A stretch of DNA of 63,953 bases, counting the filler, from Reticulomyxa filosa (lineage: Eukaryota; Protista; Foraminifera), in assembly GCA_000512085.1 (NCBI GenBank). It is 24 parts of 24 records of this genome, joined end to end, with 100 filler letters (N's around TTAATTAATTAA, not from the genome) between each part and the next. Parts side by side here need not be neighbours in the genome. Positions count along the whole stretch, not along the records: positions 52,692 to 59,492 come from ASPP01022564.1; positions 59,593 to 61,625 come from ASPP01034741.1; positions 61,726 to 62,815 come from ASPP01045204.1; positions 62,916 to 63,953 come from ASPP01034944.1; 20 more parts are not named here. One strand, given 5' to 3'. Of the stretch, positions 52,710 to 63,953 are shown in pieces; within the stretch, counting starts at the first letter, position 1; every line of letters starts with the position of its first letter. Both the position numbers and the translations under genes were made by a program. Under the pieces are notes generated by a model. It was not told where the DNA came from. It saw only the letters and a list, made by a program, of their open reading frames with translations, and did no database searches.

Positions 52710-53286
52710 TATCCCACTGCTGTCCCGTACTTGGAGTTTCATCGCGCTTTCCAAATCTACCGTTCCACGCTCAATCATAAAATTCGAAAGGAGGTTGCAC
52801 ATGAAATCTGCTTGGTCTTTTTGAAGTCAGGCTCAAAGTTATTACGTTTTATAAATTATTTTTTTTTATGACTACAAAAAAAAAAAAAAAATTGTAATGT
52901 TGGAATTGTGTTTGTGTATCGATGAGACATAAAAACTTTGGAATCTTATATAACCTTTTTTTTTTAAAAAAAAAAAAAAAAGATTGGTATTGAAAGGAGC
53001 CCCGTCCACAAATGCAGAAATGCTTCACCAAATGAACAACATGGATGCATTGAAGAAAGAATATCCCTTGGATTTATTCGATTCATTACACTATTGGGTT
53101 GCTCGACAAATTGCCAAATATTGGACTGATTTCATGAATGCAACACTCAAAACACTCGTCAAAAATCACCCAAAGGAAACAAGTAGCAATCAAAAAAGCC
53201 GTGACAAGGATAATACAACCATAAGATTGAATGGCACTAAACTTAAAGATATTGAAGCTGAAGTCAAAGAAGACGCCAGCGAATAA
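52710..53286 (+). CDS. RGS-domain protein, last two exons (52710-52837, 52983-53286)
   Basis: YLEFHRAFQIYR...VAHEICLVFLKSGSK|LVL...DLFDSLHYWVARQIAKYWTDF follows the RGS helix pattern. Confidence 0.65.
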
Positions 53287-54944
53287 ACTTGGGGTCATTT
53301 TATATACCCTGTTCTATTTTTTCTTAATTTTTTTTTTTTTTAATATTTTTTTCTTTTTTCTTTTTTATTTTGGTTTTGGCTGATTTTGATTTTTTTTTGT
53401 TTGTTTGTTTTTGTTTTTTATTTGAGGTTGTTGAGGTTGCTTTGTTCTATTTTGGTCTGACGAACAACATTCAATAACTATGCCAAGAAAATAGACAATT
53501 GTTGAAGTTGGGAAAAATTTGTCAAAAGACAATCGCTTTTTTGTTTCTTTTTTGGTATGTGTCTCTTTAATTGGTGTGAGTTTCCTTGTTCGTTTTTTTA
53601 TCTCTGTCGCTTTTATACTTGAAGTTTGGTATACAACAGGCTGTTGAGGCATTAGTTTGTCTTTGATAAGTCAAATAGAAATATATTTTCTCCTCAAAAC
53701 TCAGCATACTCTTGTTTTGCAACAAAAACTGCTTTCTGTTGCATTATCTTCTTTCATGGGATCGTTTTCATAATGATCACTAAGAACTTCTAGTTTTTCC
53801 AAAATACTTGTCTATTTTACTCGAAAAACCTACCACAAAAAAAACTCACTGCATTCTCCAGGGGGCAGAGAGAATCTTTCAATAGCAAATTACAAGATGC
53901 CGTCGGGAACAATGTGATAATAAGTAGAAATCTAAAATAGCTTCTTCCTTCAATATCATACGTTTTGGAAATCATTTAATTTTTTGAAAATGTATTACGC
54001 CAAAGTTCTATGAAGATCAACACAAACTAAAAATAATTCGAGCAATCAATTAAATTTCTTAATTGCATAACGTAAATACAAAGAATTTATTTTTTGCTTG
54101 TTGAGTTCTATGCGCCGAAAAACCATTACTTTTTGTGTTGAATTTTTTAAACTCGCTGCGTGCGTTTTTTGAAATCAAGAAATTCTATTGATTTTGCTTA
54201 AATCATTCTTCCCGATGAATGTTATCATTTGACTGAATAGCTCAAAAAAACAGTTTTGAATGTTTGTTAATGGAACATATTTTTCCATTCCACACAAACG
54301 TGTGTACCGTACAAGTTGTTCAGTACGTCCAGACAATTTGCCGGAATATTGACGCAATTTCCGAAACTTTTGACAAACAATCAACGATACAACAGTGTCG
54401 TCAGAATTTTCACTCTTTTTCGAAAAAGTAAATACGTACACATCCTCATTTGAGCGAATATTTGAAACTGAGAACTTGTGAATTGGACAAGCGCTGATGA
54501 GTGAAAGCAGACCACCATTTTCGGCGCTAATGGCATTAATGCTGGACAGTGATACGGAGAAATTAGTATAGTATCCAAGCAAGAAGGAGTAAAGCACGTT
54601 AAATTGCAATAAATAAATTTGAAAAATTTGCAAGTATAACTATCATGTTTGTTGATCGAACAACAATACTTGTTTCTGTTTTCATTTTCATCAAATATAT
54701 AAACAAAAAAAAGATGAAAATACTATCTTTTAGTAGTTGCAACGAAATTTGCTCACATAAAATACAATCGATAAAATAATTTGAAAATATGCACACTATT
54801 GAGATTGAATTATTTTTTCCGGCTGTTGTTTCACACATTCAAAACGTTACAAATTTTTTCTTTCTTGGCTTCTTATTGCTTTTCTGCTTCCGCTGCAGTA
54901 TAAATGTGCATTAGTTTGCAAAAACAATAGCGCACATAAACTGT

Positions 54945-55601
54945 TACTTTATGAAGATAATTGATTTTCTCTTAAAAAAGAAACAATTAATACTAATTTT
55001 TAAAAAGTATCTACAATTGTTGAAGTTTTTACATATGATACTGGCTTTTAAATAAAGTCATTCTATGTTCAACAATTTTTTTACAATTGAAAAAATTTTT
55101 TAAATACTTATTTACTATGTATGTGACATTTTGAGTTATCTTGTAAAAATAATCATATTCTGAGGAAATGCTAAAAAGCAATAGCATATTGCTTGTAAAC
55201 TATTTTCATAAATTGTGCTATTGACTGATCATTCAATTTTGCAAGAATGTCAACGCATTAGCACTGAAGCACACATAATATGATGCTACATATACAAACC
55301 TTGGCCTTTTAAACTTATATATCAATATTATTATGTATTTTTTCCACATATAGTGAATTCAATCAATTCAATATAAATTAACTTTTATTTCTTCCAAAAA
55401 TATGACTTTTTCCGACCATATAAGTGAACAATGGTAACCTTTCTCCAAAAATTTACAAAAATCAAATGAAAAAAGTAAATCTTTGTTGAACATAGAATGA
55501 CTTTATTTAAAAGCCAGCACCATATTTAAAAACTAGATATTTTTTAAAATTAGGATTAATTTTTGTTTTTCATGGAGAAAATCAATTGTGTTCATAAAGT
55601 A
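54945..55601. mobile_element. MITE-like element with ~120-130 bp imperfect terminal inverted repeats
   Basis: Arms 54945-55075 and 55483-55601, with a perfect 35-bp core (55041-55075 vs 55483-55517). The outer motif TAC(T/C)TTATGAAGATAATTGATTTTCTC also occurs beside the Tc1 remnant at 59616. Confidence 0.75.
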
Positions 55602-55892
55602 GCGCTATGGAAATATTTGTCAATTAAATTAATCGAAATTTTATTATACCTTAACTTTTATTTGTACATATGTTTTTTATTGCAAATTTCTAAGAAATTC
55701 GAAAATTGATAATTGTAGAATGAGAAGATTTATTAAATGCTAACTATTTTCATTTAATTTAAAATGCTTTACCAATAGTTATGGAAATATAATCAAAAGC
55801 TAAAATAAAAAATTGAAAAATGCTTGAACTAAAAATCAAGCACTGTTTCAAATATTAAAAAAGAAAATTTTTTCAGACAGACCAAAAAAACA

Positions 55893-57402
55893 TTATCCAA
55901 TTTTATAAAATGAGTTTTGGGTGTATCCACTATGAGAATACACGCTCAGAGTTCTCATTAATTTTTGATCGGCCAACCAAACTTGTCTTGATTGATCAGT
56001 AACCAAATAATTAGTTTTGTTTGTGTCAACACCAACGATTAAAAAGAAATGTCCCCCCAGACCATATCCACCCAGCGCGATAATTGTGTAAGCAGAATAA
56101 TTATTTTCATTGATGTAATCCCATGCAAAACCAATGCCTGAAGCAACACTTTCACTGGTTCTGTAATCACAATACTTAAATACAGCTTTGATGTTATTGT
56201 CATAAAAATTTCTGTTTGACATTCCCCTATTAAAAAAAAAAAGTAGTGAAAACAAATGTGTTTTTGTATTTATACTTTTTGTTAATTTCTTTTTTACCAT
56301 TTCCAATGTAAGAAGCTTTCGTGAGCGTAATTTTCTTTTTTAAGTTGTATGTCATAATCCCACAATTTTAATCCCAGATTAATTGCATTTAATCCGCATA
56401 CATAACTACCACTGTTTTCTTCATAGCGTTGTGAATTTTTCCATCTCCATTCTGGTATCACATTCTTGAAGAGATTACCATTTATGTTTACATATCCATT
56501 TGAGTCATACCAAAGATCTACTTTCTTACCCCTGTAATTGATTAATGAACTCCAAACACCTTTGTTACCTAACGGATTTGATTTCTTGCAAATCCAACAA
56601 GTGTTACCCTCAAATCCGCTAAAGGCCCATACATTCTCACCACATGACGGACAGTAATAATCCACCTTTTTCTGGCCAAATCGTTACAAAAAACAAGTAA
56701 CATTTTTATTTTTATTTTTTTAAAGTTACAGCTACACCCCAAAGAAAACAAACAAACTTCATCCGCTGCAAGAGCAATTCCAGCTGCTGTTCCTACTACT
56801 CCTATTACTCCAACACCTGTTGCTAATGACAGGACCGCCAAACCAACGCCTTGCACAATTTGACTACGACCAATATCACCCGTCACTTTAGTCACGCAAC
56901 GAAAACCGCTTCCAGGATTTGCACTCCAGTTCACGCTTGCAGCAGAGGATCGACAAGGATTAATCTCAATACCTATTGCGTTTGAGATAAGATATGTTAA
57001 AATTGTTGCTTCGTGAGTAAATTCTCAAAGTTTTAAAAAAAACAAAAAACAAACCGTCACAATGATTGGAGGAATTCTTATCGTCACTGGACCTTCTTCA
57101 TCTTCTTTCTTCAAATAACAGGATTTGTAACCAGCACCAGAGTAACAAGGGTCCGTAAGATACTCCACGTCGTCGTTATCAATGAATATTACTTTCCACC
57201 AATCATAACAAGTTTTGTTTCCAAATCCCACTTTGTAGTGAACTCTCAACTTATCGCTTGTGATTTCACCATTGCTTACGTTGTACCAGGTAGCTTCTTC
57301 TGGGTCACCGTCCGCTCGAAAGCGATGTATGACTGTTACTCGTTTTAAAGTTTTACCAAACGAGTTTTGTACTCTCACAGTGGTACTGCAACTATTCCCC
57401 AT
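55893..57402 (-). CDS. PUD-like domain + hydrophobic hairpin + Zn ribbon + C39-like cysteine peptidase; exons 57402-57055, 56972-56758, 56665-56298, 56226-55893
   Basis: MGNSCS myristoylation motif. PUD-like VRVQN...VTVIHRF...YKVGF...DWWKVIF...YKSCYLKKED. CPSC/CWIC. Putative triad YVCGLNAI / GHFFLIVGVD / YLVTDQS. Exons 2-4 splice in frame; the exon 1-2 junction is off by 1 nt. Confidence 0.65.
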
Positions 57403-57687
57403 TTTTTTAAAAAAAAATTACAAAAAATTTTCTAATAAAAAAAATTTGGGAATACCACCTGATGAAACGCTCACAACCTTCAACTCAACAAAGGGTGGGC
57501 TATTACTAATGAAGATATTTAGAAATTTTAAAAAATTGAACTTGGTATTGTTTGTTAGATTCGTTTAATTTTCCTTTTTTTTTCTTTTTCTGTTTAAAAA
57601 TTGCATTTTTATCTTTCTCAGAAGTGGCCACTCAATAAATAACCAATCAAAAAAAGTTTCATTTTAAGATATGTCTTGTGCTGGTTG

Positions 57688-58740
57688 TTACTGCCATATT
57701 AAAATTGTAGCAGGACAGGCTGAAACAATTACATTGTTATTTGGTGATACATCCATACACACTATCGACCCAGAATGCCCTTCTAATCTCTGTATTTCAT
57801 TTCCTGATTTCACATCCCACAACCGAATTGTTTTATCGCTTGAACAAGATGCAATAGTTTGACCATCTGTGAAATATTTCACATCCTTCACACTATGTAT
57901 ATGTCCCTTAAATACTTTCAATTCTTTTCCTGATTCCACATCCCATATTCGAACTGTTTTATCGTCCGAACATGAAACAATACATTTTCCATCTGGCGCA
58001 AATTTTACTCGTGTTACAAAATGGGAATGTCCTTTTAATACTTTTAACATTTCACCCGATTTTACATCCCACAATCCAATTGTGTGATCGTAAGATGATG
58101 ACGCAAGCATTTGTCCATCTGGTGAAAAATGTACACCTTCTATACTACTTAAATGGCCTTCTAATGTTTTAATCTCTTTTCCAGATTTTACGTCCCATAT
58201 TCTTATTGTTTTATCAGGTGAACATGATGCAATATATTTGCCATCAGGAGAAAAGGTTACATCCCATATTGAACTTAAATGCCCATTTAATATCATCATC
58301 TCTGTCCCTAATTTCACATCCCATAATCGAATTGTTTGATCACATGAACCTGAAGCAACTATATTCCCATCTGGCGAAAATTCTGCTGCATAAACCCACT
58401 CTGAATGTCCACGAAAAATTTGGAGTTGTTCTCCAGAAGCAACGTCCCATACTTGAACAGTACCATCGTGCGACGATGAGACAATTTTACGACTATCTGA
58501 TGAAAATCGTACGGTATTTATTTTACCTTGATGTTCTCGTAAAGTATTCGACAATTGAAAATGTTTTGCCTGTATTTCAAATGTTAATATTAATGATTTG
58601 CAATAAATACATTCATTTTAAAAAAAACATTACTTAACGTATTTTCCAACAATTTTGTCAAAATCATGAATCCATCCTAATGTGATATTCAAATTTCGAA
58701 GCCAATTTTGAATGATCACTTTTATCTCACTTTCTGACTG
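57688..58740 (-). CDS. WD40-repeat protein (7 regular repeats) with short upstream exon(s)
   Basis: Repeated GH...FSPDG..IASCS.D.TIRLWD. The upstream exon reads IKVIIQNWLRNLNITLGWIHDFDKIVGKY. Confidence 0.92.
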
Positions 58741-59291
58741 TTTGATCCGTTACACAAATTTTTTGTTTGTGTGACTGTAGCGACAAGCATAATCGTGAAT
58801 AGATCTCACCAAGGGCGATATTGCAATCTCTTCTTCATTGGTGGTGGTATTCATTTCTTCACTTTGTTTTATTGTATCAAAAGAACTTAATTGATTTAAA
58901 AACAAATTTTGATTATGAACATTTGAATCTCCTTTTTCTTCTTTCCTTTGTTAAACTTTTCCCAACCTTTGACCTCAGTTCAAAGCCCTTTACTCGTTTG
59001 AATTTCTTTTAACTTGTTAAAAGATTACTCAACTGCCATTTTGTGACAGCTGTTTAAAAAGGAATATTATATATTGATGATGGAAGAAACAGATAACATA
59101 AATGTTTGATAGCTATTGATTTATTCATTCCCTTACTCATAATATATGGCAATGGGAAAAAAAGTATCTCTTTTAAGTGAAATTAGTGTGAGATATCAAC
59201 AACCGTTCCAAAAAATTTCATTGAAAAAAAAGGAAATGCAATCGAGTATTAACATCAAATTAAGCTTTCTCAAAAAGACACATGTGTTCTA

Positions 59292-59492
59292 TCACTTCCA
59301 TATCCGAATTGTACAGTCTGCAGACCCTGATACAATTGTATGGCCATCTGGCGCAATATCTATTGCTGTCACAAGATCAGAATGCCCTTCTAATATGTGT
59401 GTTTCACATCCAGATTTCAAATCCCACAAACGAACTGTTCCATCAGCCGAACAAGACAAAACAGATTGTCCATCTGAAAAATATTTCACTTG
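59292..59492 (-). CDS. WD40-repeat protein, C-terminal end (tandem paralogue of 57688-58740)
   Basis: VKYFSDGQSVLSCSADGTVRLWD..LEGHSDLVTAIDIAPDG..GSADCTIRIWK*. Confidence 0.9.
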   Translation of the reverse strand, partial: QVKYFSDGQSVLSCSADGTVRLWDLKSGCETHILEGHSDLVTAIDIAPDGHTIVSGSADCTIRIWK

Positions 59493-59595
59493 NNNNNNNN
59501 NNNNNNNNNNNNNNNNNNNNNNNNNNNNNNNNNNNNTTAATTAATTAANNNNNNNNNNNNNNNNNNNNNNNNNNNNNNNNNNNNNNNNNNNNTAG

Positions 59596-59745
59596 AAAAC
59601 TGAACGCATAAAATACTACCTTATGAAGATAATTGATTTTCTCAATGAAAAATAAATATTTATTTGTAATATTTTTTTTAAATGTTTATTTTTCATTAAG
59701 AAAATCTATCATCTTCATAAGGTGGTATTTTCGGTGTTCAGTTTT
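59596..59745. repeat. ~150-bp imperfect palindrome built from the transposon-end motif
   Basis: AAAACTGAAC..AAAATACTACCTTATGAAGATAATTGATTTTCTCAATGAAAAATAAATATTTA pairs with 59677-59745, leaving a loop of about 15 nt. Confidence 0.85.
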
Positions 59746-59789
59746 TTTTGCAACATACTGTATAAGTAGGAAAAATGATGAAATAGTTT

Positions 59790-60247
59790 ACAATGAATTT
59801 TCTTCTAAATTCACATGATTTAAATCCAATTGAAAATCTTTGGTTGATAGTAAAAACAAGGATTCACAAAAAAGTATCATTTAATACTACGGAAAAACTT
59901 TGGAACCAATTCGAAACAGAATTGAAAAAAATAGAAACAAACATTGTAAAAACTTAATAAAGTCGACGCCAAAGAAAATACAGTCAGTTAAAAAAGCCAA
60001 AAGAATTTAACACTTTGGTAAACTTGAATTAAATTTTAAAAAACAAATCTTATCATAATCAGGCAACACAAAAAATTTTTTTAAAGTAAATGAAAGATTA
60101 AAATTTTTGAAAAAATTGTAAAGGCTTAATAAAAAACAAAAATGATATTTAAAAACTACAAGATTCGTAGATATTTTTTTAAAAAAATTTTGATTAAATG
60201 TTGTTTTTTCATGTAGAAACACAATAATCTCTATAAGGTGGCATTTT
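59790..60247 (+). mobile_element. Tc1/mariner (IS630-Tc1) transposase C-terminal remnant with downstream inverted-repeat motif
   Basis: NSHDLNPIENLWLIVKTRI (59808-; consensus SPDLNPIENLW), then TTEKLWNQFETE and frameshifted NLIKSTPKKIQSVKKAK. A reverse copy of the end motif lies at 60204-60247. Confidence 0.8.
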
Positions 60248-61325
60248 AGGTTTCAACTTTCTTATCCTACCGCTCCAGATGAACCAATAACATCATTGAC
60301 TGATTACAAAACGATATTTAAAATACAATTGAAAATATTGCAAGAGTCTGCCAATAAAGCAAATTATATTTATAATAACAAACTTAAAAAATTTGAAAAT
60401 AAACATACACTTTAAAGTAGACTAACTTATTTTTATGTTTGTCGAATACTAGCGAGTAAATAAAAATATTATCAAAAAACAGTACATTTATCGAAATTAA
60501 TGAAACTAAACTAAAGTGTATAACATCAACATTGTAGCAAATATACTGTTCACCAGTTGTTGGACTAACAGACAAACGTAAATGTCTGAACAAAATTGAT
60601 AAATCACTGCAATGAGATCATAGAAACAAACGACTGCTTACCGAATTCGAAATTGTCCAACGCGAAACAACTGAATCAGTTCCAAGAATAGAAGTTGATA
60701 CAATGTCTGAAACAATTGGATTTCAACAATCTAAATAGACCCATTGTATGGAATGTTGCCTAGATGATCCAATGAAGTGATCATATTTAGTATGATGTTG
60801 CAATACATCTTCAAAGTGTGAATTGACTTGAACATTTTTGTTACTAAAATTTCTTCACTTTCACCAAAATTTTTTTCATGGTTTTTTTATTTTCATGTTT
60901 GTCTTGTGTCTTGTGATTTTCTTTTTATGATTTAATTTTATTTTATTGAAGATTCATTTCATTAACAATTCTTTCGTATTACATTTCAATGGTCACCATC
61001 CTAAAATGTATTTGTGCTATTTTGCCTTCTCCCCTTTTATGTTGGTTTTTTGCCCCTTTTGACTTTATTTTGCCAGGGATGATATCAGCGATTTTATAAA
61101 AAAAATTTTCTTTTATGAATTGATTTCAAAGACTTGACTATTGAACTATTTCAAAACCTTACTTAATGATATCACATAAGATTGTATTTAATAAGATAAA
61201 CAAAAAACAATTTAAAAAATAGCGTTTCTGGTCAAAAGTACAACACAATTTATTAGCAATAAACAGTCAGAAAAAAATGAGCTTTGAATTGTCCCCTTGT
61301 TAGCATTATCCCAAAGATTTGAAGA

Positions 61326-61516
61326 ATGTCTGAAGCAAAAGAAAATTATGATGTATTGGACTTACGAAATAACAAAAAAATAGTGGATATGTTAAGAAAA
61401 TATGGAAATAATGACCTACCGGAAATTGAAAGAGTGGTTTTAACAACGAAAGTGATAAAAACGAATCGAAAGGGAAAGAATCAAGAACGAGTGCTAATAG
61501 TCACAAACAAGAATAT
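61326..61516 (+). CDS. Protein starting with a myosin-I TH1/PH-like domain, first exon
   Basis: DVLDLRNN...ERVVLTTKVIKTNRKGKNQERVLIVTNKN. Confidence 0.65.
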
Positions 61517-62930
61517 GTAAAATATTTTGTGTGTTTGTTTGTTTCGCGTGACATGTGTGGACCTGTCGGTCTTCATCAAACAACACGAGCAAAAAGAAAT
61601 AAAAATAAGGAAAAAAAAAAAAAAANNNNNNNNNNNNNNNNNNNNNNNNNNNNNNNNNNNNNNNNNNNNTTAATTAATTAANNNNNNNNNNNNNNNNNNN
61701 NNNNNNNNNNNNNNNNNNNNNNNNNTTTCTTTTTGTTTAGATCAACTGATAGTAATTGAACGCTGTTATGAATAATGGATAAAACAGTTGAAATAAAGAG
61801 TAACGATATTTGAAAGACTCTAGATCTATAACCATCCAAAATTGCATCCAATGGAATATACAAAGAGACTCTGGACAAATGAAATAACAGACGAAATGAC
61901 AAAACTTAATTGGAGAAAGAAATATATTGAATTCAAATATTGTTTAATTTAATGGCAGAACATTGTTTGAGAAAAGCAATCTCCCATACACGACATATCT
62001 ATGTGACTTTTTATATTTTATTGAAGAGCCTTTTGTTGTCATGTCCAAATTCAAAATACAATAAAAGATCATTAAACTCTTTTTTGCAGCAACAAGAAAG
62101 ACTATTAAACCTTTGCATAAAAAATCATTTACTTTCTTTTAAAAAATGAAAATTATAAATTTGTTGAATTGTACGACAAGGGATTTCGAACAAACGTTCA
62201 CATAGAACACTTGTATTCGTTTTGTTGTGTTATGTGAAACAAATGTGATTAACAGAACAAATTCCACATTATTTAAAACACTTTAAAAAAATATTTGATG
62301 TCAATTGCTTCTTATCAAATAATTGCAATGAAAAATGTAATTCATTTCAATACATAATAATAAACTTAAATAATGTGTATCTTGATATTTGTGTTAAAAA
62401 TATTTCAAATAAATTATCTGTGTTTCAATGATATTATCAAAATTTGGTATTTGAAAGGTTTATTCAGGAAATCAAACCGCAACAGATAAAATGACAAATG
62501 AGAATATGACATAATTTCATTTTTACAAACAAATTATTACATCTTTTAAATGAATTTGCATAATTTTGTTTTAGAATAATAGTTGTAAAACATGTTCAAT
62601 TTTTTTTAAAAAAATAAATTATGTTTGATTTAAAAGAAGATGGAGAATCTATCTTTTTTTTATTTCGGGAAACATCATCCCATCTTCTCACAAAGATCTT
62701 TTTAAAGAGAATTTTCAATTTGTAATATACTCAAAAAAGGGATGAAATTTTATTATCATGTATACTCACTTATTTCTTGTTTGTTAATGCAATCAAGTTA
62801 TATTTTATTACATGTNNNNNNNNNNNNNNNNNNNNNNNNNNNNNNNNNNNNNNNNNNNNTTAATTAATTAANNNNNNNNNNNNNNNNNNNNNNNNNNNNN
62901 NNNNNNNNNNNNNNNTTTTTTTTTTCTAAC

Positions 62931-63338
62931 TTTACAAAGCTCACAAATATCTGTGAGAATGTGATGGTCAATATCATAAAGGAGCACTTGTTGTAATTCT
63001 TCACTTAGTGTGTATGGGGCGGATGCGGCCTCTCCTTTGCTCTCTTCTGAGTCATTGACCAGTGGCTTTGTCTCTGCTGTGTCAGTGGCCTCGCTTTTTA
63101 CATATTGGATTTCAGTGGGTGAACTCAAGGAAGAAACGTCCGTTTGTCGACCTCTTTCTTTCATTGACAGAGACGATCTTATCCCGTGGATCCGTTCCAT
63201 TTGCTTGAACACTGTCGTCTTGCCCCCTCCGCCTGGGCCCAAAAGTAACACTTTTAGCCGCAGGCTTTTACTATCTTTGATCAACTCTTTCTCAATCCTT
63301 TTGCTTACACCTTTTTCATGACTTTCTTTGGCACCCAT
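62931..63338 (-). CDS. Heterotrimeric G-protein alpha-like subunit, first exon
   Basis: MGAKES (myristoylation), SKRIEKELIKD and LKVLLLGPGGGGKTTVFKQMERIHG. Confidence 0.85.
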
Positions 63339-63953
63339 TTTTGTTTTCCCCCTTAGGAAAAAAAAAAAAGAAAAAACTTTCTGGTAAGTTGGGACTTGAA
63401 GCGTGCAAATATTATTTTACAGTTTTCAACTACCACATTACAACGAAAATTTTGCATTGTCAAAAGCTAAAATATATTATATTGTAATTCTAAAGCTATT
63501 CAACAATAAAGTGAAATTACTCTTGCTCTTGCAAACAAAAATTATCGAATTCGATATTTGATCTTTGTAAGAGGAGATCGGCAGTTGTTTTTAAATTTCG
63601 AAGAATATGATGTGACAATCAAATGATGTTTAGTTTCTGGCCAATGACACAAACGGTTGACCTCTAGAGTGTCATCAGAATTGCAAAATTAAGTACCAAA
63701 ACAATTTGCGGAAAAAAGAACAACTTGGGGAATTCGAAGTATTTTATGTTATCTCTCAAGCTTGCTGAACAACCTTTATCTTTAAGTTTCTTTTTTTCCT
63801 CGATGCAATTTGCAGCTGCTTGATTCGTCGCCAAAACAACTAAAGACGTTCAAGTGAGTAGTGTAATCCGATTGTTACATTTTGAGTGTAATTCATCCAA
63901 AAAAAGTTATGTTGAGTTCGTTTCCTCTCTCTTTCTCTTTTTTTTTTTTTTTT

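Noticed and set aside
53365-54838. Short minus-strand ORFs (also in 35812-36740, 60384-60830 and 61726-62815)
   Set aside because: They look like decayed coding sequence, but no motif was recognisable, so no call is supported.
57688-58554. Periodic ~126-bp nucleotide repeats
   Set aside because: These are coding WD40 repeats, not CRISPR or satellite DNA.

Overview
This window is not one locus. It is 24 short contigs joined by 23 artificial 100-nt spacers (N-run + TTAATTAATTAA + N-run, which puts stops in all six frames), so neighbours across a spacer are not linked. 23 contigs are AT-rich, intron-rich eukaryotic DNA. The homopolymer/(TA)n-filled introns and expanded WD40, Kelch, NACHT and ART families suggest a foraminiferan such as Reticulomyxa filosa (inference). 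One contig (29513-31345) is GC-rich alphaproteobacterial DNA (CDF transporter end, apaG, folE, argE). Recognisable host genes: SART3/Prp24-like, HECTD1-like repeat, EXO1, PIG-A, SNF8/VPS22, a BEACH-family protein, a UBR-type E3 C-terminus, BAR, C2, RRM, PABP, ICMT-like, a kinase tail, RGS, WD40 proteins, a myosin-TH1-like start and a G-alpha. The most interesting items are candidate defence or effector proteins that appear only after manual splicing: (i) a myristoylated PUD domain + hydrophobic hairpin + Zn ribbon + C39-like cysteine peptidase; (ii) a CUE/PUB-linked ADP-ribosyltransferase; (iii) a decayed AIG1/GIMAP-like GTPase with a 23-Cys tail; (iv) RNF213-like and NACHT-WD40 pseudogenes. 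Also present are a Tc1/mariner remnant with a related MITE and palindrome, a contig bounded by a perfect 152-bp inverted repeat, and unusual splice signals (GTT donors, poly-A before acceptor AG). All family calls come from motif recognition by eye; no database searches were run.
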